Positions 8,060 to 15,533 of a DNA stretch of 39,693 bases are shown in pieces (positions within the stretch are counted from its first letter, which is position 1; the number at the start of each line of letters is the position of its first letter). Under the pieces are notes generated by a model. It saw nothing but the letters and a program-made list of their open reading frames with translations, was not told the DNA's origin and did not search any database. Position numbers and translations under genes: made by a program. The DNA comes from Desulfuromonadales bacterium (GTDB lineage: Bacteria > Desulfobacterota > Desulfuromonadia > Desulfuromonadales > JBFHXN01): NCBI GenBank assembly GCA_041598955.1, contig JBFHXN010000001.1, positions 1 through 39,693 on the forward strand, read 5' to 3'.

Positions 8060-9494
8060 AGCGGAGGAAGTCAGCCAGATTCAGGATAAACCGCTTCCAG
8101 CTGTCGGGGGAGCGCCAGAGCATGGCCCCATAGCCGAGCAGCACCCGAGGCCGCATGAAATGTTTCTTGTAGAACTGCTGGAAGAGCTCTTCCAGCCGCT
8201 CTCTGGTCATGCCGTGGGGGATGAACTGGAACTGCATGCAGTCCATCTTCTCCCAATCCTCCTCGAAACTCCCAAGCTCGTGGATCTTCTCGTAGAGAGG
8301 CGAGCCGGGGAAGGGGGTGAACTTGGCCAGGTTGAATTCGTCGAGGGGGAGGGAGAAGACATAGTCCATGCTCCGCCCGATGCTCTCCTCGCTCTCCCCT
8401 GGAAGCCCCATCATCAGCAGCCCCTTGGTGCGGATGCCGGCCGCCTTGATCAGCCGGATCTTGTCGGTGAGCATCTGCAAGTCTGCATTCTGACGGTGCT
8501 GTGCGAGCAGCTCCGGGTCTCCGGTTTCTATCCCCAGGCTCGCCATCCAGCAGCCCGCCGCCTTCATCTTCCGCAACAGCCCCAGGTCGATATGCTCGGC
8601 CCGCACGGCGCAGTTGAAGGTCATGCCCAGCGGCCGGTCAACCATCAACCCGCAGAAGGCCTCAACCCGCTCACGGTTGAAGGTGAACTGGTCGTCGTAG
8701 AAGTTGACATGACGGATACCGAAGCGCTCCCTGAGATAGCGCAGGTGCTCGTAGAGGTAGTCAGCCGAGTTGTACCGGAAACTGCGCCTGAAAACCGACC
8801 GGTCGCAATAACTGCAGGCGTAGGGGCACCCTCGACTGGAGATGCAACTGGTGTTGGGGGCCTTGGGGTAGTTGAAAATCGGCAGCCGGTAGGCCTGTGG
8901 GTAACCGGCGAGCTTCTCGTAGGCCGGAAAAGGGAGGGCATCGAGATCGATCCCCTTTTCGCGGTAGCCGGTGAAGTTGACCTCCCCGCCCCTTTCGCGG
9001 TAGACGAGCCCCTTGATTCGTTCTGGATTCTGCCCGTCGGCGGCCAGAAGCTCACCCAGGGTCTCCTCCCCCTCCCCCACAACGGCGAAATCGACATCGG
9101 AATAATCCCGCAGGACCCTCTCCTTAAGGGCGGAGACGTGAGCGCCGCCGAAAACGGTGCGGATGGCGGGAAGCTCTTCCCTGGCAAGGGCTGCGATCCG
9201 CACTCCGTCGAGAAAGCTCGAGGTGGTGCAGGAGAGGCCGAGAAATGCCGGACGGTGCTCGCGCAACAGGTCGCGAATGACACGCTGGTCGTCGGGATGG
9301 GCATAGCAGTCGACGATCAGCGTCGAGTGCCCCTGCTGCTCCAGATAGGCGGCGATGCTCGCCAGGCCGAGGGGCGGCATGATATTCGCCATCCGGGAGA
9401 TGTCTCGCCCGGCGGCCTCGGCCCGGTACCCCAGGGGGTGGATGAGAAGGATGCTGCTCCCGTTGCGCGCCGTCATGTTCAGCTTTCCCCTCAT
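8025..9494 (-). CDS. B12-binding domain radical SAM protein (HpnJ-like by general appearance)
   Basis: N-terminal cobalamin-binding-type Rossmann region (ILLIHPLGY...PPLGLASIAAYLEQQGH), then radical SAM CPYACSYC (CX3CX2C). I chose the ATG at 9494 because it makes an ATGA overlap with the upstream stop. The track ORF extends to 9536. Confidence 0.9.
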   Translation of the reverse strand: MRGKLNMTARNGSSILLIHPLGYRAEAAGRDISRMANIMPPLGLASIAAYLEQQGHSTLIVDCYAHPDDQRVIRDLLREHRPAFLGLSCTTSSFLDGVRIAALAREELPAIRTVFGGAHVSALKERVLRDYSDVDFAVVGEGEETLGELLAADGQNPERIKGLVYRERGGEVNFTGYREKGIDLDALPFPAYEKLAGYPQAYRLPIFNYPKAPNTSCISSRGCPYACSYCDRSVFRRSFRYNSADYLYEHLRYLRERFGIRHVNFYDDQFTFNRERVEAFCGLMVDRPLGMTFNCAVRAEHIDLGLLRKMKAAGCWMASLGIETGDPELLAQHRQNADLQMLTDKIRLIKAAGIRTKGLLMMGLPGESEESIGRSMDYVFSLPLDEFNLAKFTPFPGSPLYEKIHELGSFEEDWEKMDCMQFQFIPHGMTRERLEELFQQFYKKHFMRPRVLLGYGAMLWRSPDSWKRFILNLADFLRFARSNQRLGEK

Positions 9495-10855
9495 GCCTTC
9501 TTTCTGGAGGAACGGTAGGAGATGAGCTTGTCCCAAAGAATGCCGCGGAAGCCGAAACGATGCATCACCGCCAGCTTCTCCTGCCCGTCGGAAGGGGGGA
9601 AGATGCGATCGCGGCGTCCCTGGAAGCTCGCCAGGATGCGGGCGTTCATCGCCTCGGGGTCAAGGGCCGGGGAAAAATAATAGCGCGGCATGAGCAGGGG
9701 AGCGCCGGCTTCGAGCACCCCCTCCCGCACGGCCTGGGCATGGAGGTCGGTGCCGGGCAGGATGCGGATTCCGGAGAAGCCGAAAACAACCGAATGCTCA
9801 AGGCGGGCGATATTCGCGAGCCCCTCCTCCAACGTCTCCATCGTTTCGCCGGGTCCTCCGAACATGATGAAATGGGCGCAGGGAAGCTCCTCGGCAACGC
9901 AGGCCTCGTTGACGGCCAGAACATCGGCGAAGGTGAGCCCCTTGTTCAGGCCCTTGAGGGTGGCGTCGCTGGCGGCATCGGTGCCGAGCTCCACGGCATA
10001 GAGCCCCGAGCGCTTGAGCAGGGAGAGCTCGGCTCGCCCCAGCCCCTGGGGGCGGAAAAACCCGCACCAGCGGATCCCCGCCTCCCGCCGGAGAAGCTCT
10101 TCGGCCACCTTCAGATAGTGCCCGCAGGCGTCGTTGAAGACCGAGTCGGTAAAGAAGAAGCTCGTCACGCCGTGATCGCGCTGGATGCGCTCGATGTCGT
10201 CCACGACCGCTTCGGGGTCCCGGACCCGGAAGAGATTCCCCTCCAGGGCCGGATAGGTGCAGTAGCTGCAGTTGTGGGGGCAGCCCCGCTTGGTCTGAAG
10301 GTTGACCATCCCGCTCTGCCCCACATAGAAATCAATCAGCTCCTGTTCGTAGAGCGGCGCCGCCATCCCCTCTCCGCTCAACGGCGCCGCGTTGCCCTGG
10401 GTGATGCGGGGGGGCTTCTCCCCGCGGGCAAGGGTGGCGACCAGATCGCAGACGGCCAGCTCCCCCTCGCCGGCGACCCCGTAGTCGGCACCGATGTAGT
10501 CGAGGATTTCCTCCGGCATGATGGAGAAGGCGGGGCCGCCGACGACCACCGGCGCGGCCGTCACCTCGCGGATGAGTGCCACTTGCGCCCGGGCCAGGGC
10601 CAGATACCAGGCCCGCTCCATGCTGAAGGAGTCGACGTTGTCGATATTGCGCAGGGAGAGGCAGATCGTCTCCGGACCGAATTCCCGCAGCGCCTCGCGC
10701 AGCTTGTCTTCGGAGCGCCCCGAGGCGAGAAAATCGAACTGGCGCAGTTCATGCCCCTTCGCGGCCAGGGCCGAGGCGATCACCGCCATCCCCAGGGGAT
10801 AGACGGGGTAAGGCTCGGTGGTGACGTTGGTGGAGAGCAGGAAAATCCGGCTCAT
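9491..10855 (-). CDS. B12-binding domain radical SAM protein (lipid-biosynthesis-associated type)
   Basis: N-terminal IFLLSTNVTTEPYPVYPLGMAVIASALAAKGH (B12-binding-like), then CPHNCSYC (CX3CX2C). ATGA overlap with the upstream stop at 10852-10855. Confidence 0.9.
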   Translation of the reverse strand: MSRIFLLSTNVTTEPYPVYPLGMAVIASALAAKGHELRQFDFLASGRSEDKLREALREFGPETICLSLRNIDNVDSFSMERAWYLALARAQVALIREVTAAPVVVGGPAFSIMPEEILDYIGADYGVAGEGELAVCDLVATLARGEKPPRITQGNAAPLSGEGMAAPLYEQELIDFYVGQSGMVNLQTKRGCPHNCSYCTYPALEGNLFRVRDPEAVVDDIERIQRDHGVTSFFFTDSVFNDACGHYLKVAEELLRREAGIRWCGFFRPQGLGRAELSLLKRSGLYAVELGTDAASDATLKGLNKGLTFADVLAVNEACVAEELPCAHFIMFGGPGETMETLEEGLANIARLEHSVVFGFSGIRILPGTDLHAQAVREGVLEAGAPLLMPRYYFSPALDPEAMNARILASFQGRRDRIFPPSDGQEKLAVMHRFGFRGILWDKLISYRSSRKKA

Positions 10856-12117
10856 GCTTCAACCTTTCGTCCCTCGAAGGTTCGCCGCGTTTTCGGGTCG
10901 TAGCGTCGGTAGGTTCCGTCGTCCATCTCCCGGCGAATGACCTGCTTGAAGAGTTCACCCATCTTGAGCTGGTGCCCCCCCCCGGCGTAGAAGGTGTCCC
11001 AGGCGTAGTAGTAGAGCTCCTGGAGTTTTTCAGGGGTCATCTGCTTGGGCTGGAAGACGACCTTGTCGGCGGTGTAGTCGAGCCAGTTGTTGCTCAGGAT
11101 GCGCCCCTCCCGTTCAAACTGGGCACGGATCGGGGAATGGGGGAAAGGGGTAAGGATGGTGAACTCGGCCACGTCGAGCTCCACCTCGAGCAGAAAATCG
11201 ACCAGACGCTTGATGTCATCCTCGTTTTGATCGTCGGTGCCGAGGATGATCGTCCCTTCGATACCGATGCCGTGTTCCTTGAGGCGCCGGATACGGTTGC
11301 GGATCACATCCGAGGTGTCGAAGACCGCCTGGTAGACGTACCAGGCCCCGGCGTCGGCCGCGAGCTTGAGGATCTCGGGATCATCGAGGATGGGGTGGGA
11401 GACCCACTTCTTCTTGAGGGGAATCATCGCCGTGAAGAGTTCCTTGAGCCATCCACGGTCCTGGGCGAGGGAGTTGTCGACGATAAAGAGGCGATTGTTG
11501 CGAATCGCCTCCATTTCGGCGATGACCTTTTCGACGGGGCGGGGCCGGAATTTTTTTCCGCCGAGATAACCGGTGCAGCAGGGAAAGCAGTCGAAGCGGC
11601 ATCCCCTGGACGCGTGAACCAGGTCGAGCATCTGCACGCCCCGGTAGTTGTAGAGGTCGCGATTGAGGATCTCGCGCCGGGCGGTGCCGATCAGCTCCAT
11701 CGAGGGAGGGTTGTTCATGTAATCGTAGACCGGCTTCAACCGACCCTTGCGAAAGTCCTCAAAGACGGCGCCGAGGCGCCCCTCGACCTCTCCGAGAAAG
11801 ATGGCGTCGGCGTGCTGCTTGACCTCCTCGGCGTGAAGCATGGTCGCAATGCCGCCGAAGATGACCGTACGCCCTCGGGCACGAAATTCCCGGGCCACCT
11901 CGAAGGCGCGCGGCAACTGGCAGGTGAGCATCGTGGAGATGGCGACCAGGTCGGCCGGGTCGTCGAAGTCGATCTCCTCGAGGTTCTCGTCGGTGAAGGC
12001 GACCTCGACCTCCGAAGGAACGGCGGCGGCGAATACGACGGGGCCGTGTGGGGGGAGGTGGAACTCGGTCTGGCGGTCGAGCTTGGGCCAGCTGGGGTAG
12101 ACAAGTTTCAGTTTCAT
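10852..12117 (-). CDS. B12-binding domain radical SAM protein
   Basis: N-terminal B12-binding-like region (LVAISTMLTCQLPRAFEVAREFRARGRTVIFGG), then CRFDCFPC (CX3CX2C). Confidence 0.9.
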   Translation of the reverse strand: MKLKLVYPSWPKLDRQTEFHLPPHGPVVFAAAVPSEVEVAFTDENLEEIDFDDPADLVAISTMLTCQLPRAFEVAREFRARGRTVIFGGIATMLHAEEVKQHADAIFLGEVEGRLGAVFEDFRKGRLKPVYDYMNNPPSMELIGTARREILNRDLYNYRGVQMLDLVHASRGCRFDCFPCCTGYLGGKKFRPRPVEKVIAEMEAIRNNRLFIVDNSLAQDRGWLKELFTAMIPLKKKWVSHPILDDPEILKLAADAGAWYVYQAVFDTSDVIRNRIRRLKEHGIGIEGTIILGTDDQNEDDIKRLVDFLLEVELDVAEFTILTPFPHSPIRAQFEREGRILSNNWLDYTADKVVFQPKQMTPEKLQELYYYAWDTFYAGGGHQLKMGELFKQVIRREMDDGTYRRYDPKTRRTFEGRKVEA

Positions 12118-12145
12118 GGGGCAACTCTCCCGAAAAAGAGGATGG

Positions 12146-12892
12146 TTAAGCGGTCATGGCGGCGCGTTTGCCACCCGGTAGAGCCGGAACAAGGCAGGCC
12201 CGTGCCACCTCGGCCCAGTCCCTGACCGGGACATTGTCAACGTCGAGGTTTCCCCCCGCATCAAGCCCGACCCGGGGGGTGATCTCCTTCCCTCCGGGCG
12301 ATGCGCCCCTCGACAGAACGAGAAAGAGTGCTCCGGGAAGGGCTGGCGAGGCCCAGGAGATCCCGGCGGGGAAGGGCAGGTCGCACACGCCGGCCAGGAT
12401 GACGTCACACTCGCCCCAGGAGAGGCTTTCGAGAGCCATGACCAGGCTGGCAAGGCGGCTGGCCTTGGTTTCGTTGATGACGAACCCCGTCCCCGTCAAG
12501 CCGAAGCGGATGGCGGCCTCCCCGAGGAAGCAGTTGGAGAGGGTATATGCGAAGAGATTGGGACTCGCCAGCCCTCCACCTTCGGGGAGGACGGTCTCGA
12601 AATAGGCGAGATCCGTCGTCAGGCAGCCGTAAGCGGTTGCGGCGATGAGGCCGACCTTGCGTTTTTCCCGCCACTGGTCGAGGCCCGCATCCCTCAAGGC
12701 GAGGGCGATCGCAGAGAGGCCGAGACGGGAAAACTCATCGAGCCGCCCGAACCGGGGGAAGGGCTCCTCGAAAACATCCTTGCGGGCAATGGGCGGCAGG
12801 GGGCCGGCCGGCATGGCAAAGTCGCCGCCAGTGCCACCCCGCCCGAGACCGGCGGCAGTGATCCAGCCGAGCCCTTGAATCACGGCTCTCAT
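12146..12892 (-). CDS. short beta-ketoacyl synthase N-terminal-like protein without catalytic Cys (CLF-like partner, about 248 aa)
   Basis: MRAVIQGLGWITAAGLG... has KS N-terminal-domain similarity. At the nucleophile position it reads FVINETKASRLAS, with no Cys. The ATG at 12892 forms an ATGA overlap with the upstream KS stop. The track ORF extension to 13249 is Arg/Gly-rich and overlaps that KS. Confidence 0.65.
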   Translation of the reverse strand: MRAVIQGLGWITAAGLGRGGTGGDFAMPAGPLPPIARKDVFEEPFPRFGRLDEFSRLGLSAIALALRDAGLDQWREKRKVGLIAATAYGCLTTDLAYFETVLPEGGGLASPNLFAYTLSNCFLGEAAIRFGLTGTGFVINETKASRLASLVMALESLSWGECDVILAGVCDLPFPAGISWASPALPGALFLVLSRGASPGGKEITPRVGLDAGGNLDVDNVPVRDWAEVARACLVPALPGGKRAAMTA

Positions 12893-14022
12893 GCCTCGGC
12901 TCCTTTCCCGAGAAGAATTGCGGCATTGACGCCACCGAAGCCCGAGTTGGTGGACAGCAGGACATCTCCCGAAAAGGAAACGGCGGCGGGGCTTACGATG
13001 GCCTCCGCCCCCGTCTCGGGGGTGCGAAAACCGACCGTCGGCGGAACGGTTCCGGCGGCCAGGGATTTGACACCCAGCGCCACCTCGATGCCTCCGGCTG
13101 CGCCCAGGGTATGGCCGATGGCCCCCTTGACCGAATGGGTCGGCAGACGATGCTCGCCAAAGACAGCGCGAAAGGCCGTCAGCTCCATCGCATCGTTGTA
13201 AACGGTACCGGTGCCGTGGGCGCTGATGGCAGAAACCCCATCGGGGCACAGAGCCGCCTTCGCCAGGGCCTCTCGGATCGCAAGAATCAGGCCGCTGCCG
13301 TCTCGGGCCGGTGCGGTGATGTGGTTGGCGTCGTTGGCCACCCCCCAGCCGAGGACCTGGCCCAGGGGGGAGCGGCCTTCCCGCCGGGCCCGCTGGGGAC
13401 TCATCAGCAGCAGGGCGGCCGCTCCCTCGCCGAGGGTGAGTCCTGCCCGCTCCCGATCGAAGGGGCGACTCGGCTCGGGAGAGAGGGCCCGCAGGGCTGA
13501 GAAGCCGGAGAAAACGAATTCGCTCACCAGATCGAGGCAGCAGACCAGAACAGTCTCGGCCCGCCCCGAGGCGATCAGGGCGGCCCCCCGGGCCACGGCG
13601 ATGGTGGAGGAGGCGCAGGCGGCATTGATGTTCACGCCTCCGTCGGTGAGCGCAAAACGGTGGGCAATGGCCTCCAGTATCGCCTCCGGAAGCATTTCGC
13701 GGGGCCGGACCTCCCCCCCCCTGCTCAACCGCTCCAGGACGTCGATCCCCCCCTTGGTGGTGGCGACCAGAAGCCGGCTCTCCGCAGGGACCGGCGCGAA
13801 GCCGTCAAAAAGTCGCTCGAGCATGGGATGAAGAAGCGTTTCCCCTTCCCCCCTGACCAGCCCCGGAACGCAGGAGGCGAGGTGCGCCTGGTAGGCACCG
13901 GTGGCAAAACGGGTCACCGGGGCGATGGCCGAATCCCCCGCCAGGAGGCGCCGCCAGCTCTCCTCCAGGCTGTCCCCGAGACCGGTGACGGCGGCGGCAT
14001 CGGTAATCCAGACCGGTATCAT
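12889..14022 (-). CDS. beta-ketoacyl-ACP synthase
   Basis: NINAACASSTIAV (Cys), SAHGTGTVYND and GHTLGAAG (His, His). The ATG at 14022 forms an ATGA overlap with the thioesterase stop. Confidence 0.9.
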   Translation of the reverse strand: MIPVWITDAAAVTGLGDSLEESWRRLLAGDSAIAPVTRFATGAYQAHLASCVPGLVRGEGETLLHPMLERLFDGFAPVPAESRLLVATTKGGIDVLERLSRGGEVRPREMLPEAILEAIAHRFALTDGGVNINAACASSTIAVARGAALIASGRAETVLVCCLDLVSEFVFSGFSALRALSPEPSRPFDRERAGLTLGEGAAALLLMSPQRARREGRSPLGQVLGWGVANDANHITAPARDGSGLILAIREALAKAALCPDGVSAISAHGTGTVYNDAMELTAFRAVFGEHRLPTHSVKGAIGHTLGAAGGIEVALGVKSLAAGTVPPTVGFRTPETGAEAIVSPAAVSFSGDVLLSTNSGFGGVNAAILLGKGAEA

Positions 14023-14480
14023 TCCACCTCCCCCAGCCGCCATCGGGCACAGAACTCCTGGTAGAAGGGGGGGGCCAGAAGCAGCAGGCTGTGGTCCTGA
14101 TCCATCATCATCTGGACCGTGTAGCCCGTGGTTGTCACCTGCCCCTCGTCGTTGCGCAGGATGAATTCGAAGTTGAGTCGGGCGGCCTCGGACCAGTGGA
14201 GGATCCCCTCAATGGAGAAGGCTTCACCGAAACGGAGGGGACGATGATAATCGAGGTGCATCTTCTTGATCGGCGCCAGGATGCCCTGGCGATAGAAGTC
14301 CATGTACCCGACGCCGTAGCGCTCGCCAAGCGCGACCCGTCCATCCTCGAAATAGCTCGGGTAGCGGCCGTGCCAGACGATACCGAGGGGATCGACTTCC
14401 TCAAAGCGCACCACCCGCGACACCTGCACCCGCAGAGGGAGAGGATCCCCGGGCTGGGGCCGAAAATAAGGCTTGTTCAT
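14019..14480 (-). CDS. 4HBT/YbgC-type hotdog acyl-CoA/acyl-ACP thioesterase
   Basis: MNKPYF...VRFEEVDPLGIVWHGRYPSYFEDGR is the 4-hydroxybenzoyl-CoA thioesterase family signature. The ATG at 14480 forms an ATGA overlap with the upstream stop. Confidence 0.8.
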   Translation of the reverse strand: MNKPYFRPQPGDPLPLRVQVSRVVRFEEVDPLGIVWHGRYPSYFEDGRVALGERYGVGYMDFYRQGILAPIKKMHLDYHRPLRFGEAFSIEGILHWSEAARLNFEFILRNDEGQVTTTGYTVQMMMDQDHSLLLLAPPFYQEFCARWRLGEVE

Positions 14481-14863
14481 TGTGGATCTCCGGCGCCGGC
14501 CAGGTGCAGCACGAAAGTGGCGGCCAGAGCTCCCTGCAGCATCAGACGCCCCTCCACCACCGGCTGCTCCCCTCCCTCGCGCTCCCGGCAACGCACCTCG
14601 AGCTCCTGCAGCGGGAGGAGTTGAAGAAGAAATTTGGCATGGTCGACCCCGCGAAGGGAAAAGGACCGCCCGTTCCCCCTTTCAAAGAGGGTCTGAGCCA
14701 TGCGCACCTGAACGACCGCCGGCACGATGGGATAGCCTGGAAAGTGTCCGGCGAAACCGGGGAAATCCTCCGCGAAACGGTACCTGCCGACCAGCTCCCC
14801 GTCCGCCTCTCGCCGCGGCTCTTCAAGCGCCGCTGCCTCAATGGCCGCCTTAAGTCGCATCAT
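14477..14863 (-). CDS. FabA/FabZ-like 3-hydroxyacyl-ACP dehydratase (hotdog)
   Basis: FAGHFPGYPIVPAVVQVRMAQ matches the FabZ H-F-P-x-x-P-(I/V)-x-P-G-V active-site motif. Confidence 0.8.
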   Translation of the reverse strand: MMRLKAAIEAAALEEPRREADGELVGRYRFAEDFPGFAGHFPGYPIVPAVVQVRMAQTLFERGNGRSFSLRGVDHAKFLLQLLPLQELEVRCREREGGEQPVVEGRLMLQGALAATFVLHLAGAGDPQ

Positions 14864-15533
14864 CGCTCCGTTTAACGCTTTCGAGCCAGAGGATCAGACG
14901 GTAGCCTGCGATCCGGTCCTCCAAGACAATCCCAGAGGGATACGCTACTCCGTCCTCGACACGATATTCAAAAAAACGCACTCGCCACTCCTCCCCTTCC
15001 CCCGCCGCCCGCGTCTCCAGCCATTGCGGGCCAATGCCGCCAAAGACAAAGGTGAGGGTTCCCCCGGCCTCCCGGCGCCGCAGGCGGTACTCCAGGGCGT
15101 CAACCTCCAGCGCATCCTCTCCGGCGGGGCGGGGGGTCAAAAAGATGCGGCGCACCGAGGTCGCCACCGCCTCGGCAAAACCAGGGAAGCGTGCCAGCTC
15201 GGGAAGAACGAAGTGCTCCTCGACCCCCTGGCTGTTCACCGTCAGGTCGAAGAACTTGACCCCCAGATCGTTCAACGCCACCAGCCGGGCTGTGAGGGTT
15301 GATGAATCGAGCACCATGAACCCGACCAACGGCAGTTTGCGCCCACGGAACTCGAAGAGGACCGTTTGGCGTATCCGCAGGGTTGCAGGCTGCCCGGTCC
15401 AGGTGCGGGCCGCAAGCTCGGCCGCGGAGACTCCCGGTCGCGTAGGGACGGGTTCCGTGACGGCAAAGGGAAGAGGAGTGCACCCGCAGAGCAGGGCCGC
15501 AGCAAGCAGCAGAGCGCCAAGGACCCGGTTCAC
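14850..15533 (-). CDS. lipoprotein of unknown function (DUF3261-like position in APE-type clusters)
   Basis: GTG start at 15533, forming a GTGA overlap with the exporter stop. VNRVLGALLLAAALLCGC carries a lipobox L-C-G-C. The track ORF extension to 16019 lies inside the MMPL gene in another frame and was rejected. Confidence 0.65.
   Translation of the reverse strand: MNRVLGALLLAAALLCGCTPLPFAVTEPVPTRPGVSAAELAARTWTGQPATLRIRQTVLFEFRGRKLPLVGFMVLDSSTLTARLVALNDLGVKFFDLTVNSQGVEEHFVLPELARFPGFAEAVATSVRRIFLTPRPAGEDALEVDALEYRLRRREAGGTLTFVFGGIGPQWLETRAAGEGEEWRVRFFEYRVEDGVAYPSGIVLEDRIAGYRLILWLESVKRSDDAT

Noticed and set aside
12893-13249. N-terminal extensions of the longest ORFs in the track: 12146-13249, 14019-14591, 14850-16019, 23051-24532, 31977-33449, 37889-39334 and 5640-6044.
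   Set aside because: The extensions run deep into the upstream gene in another frame and are Arg/Gly/Pro-rich. Internal starts give ATGA/GTGA coupling or a good RBS, and N-termini typical of the family (for example MSLKRVVITGMG, MDFELSQDHK, MTIKEKLKK).
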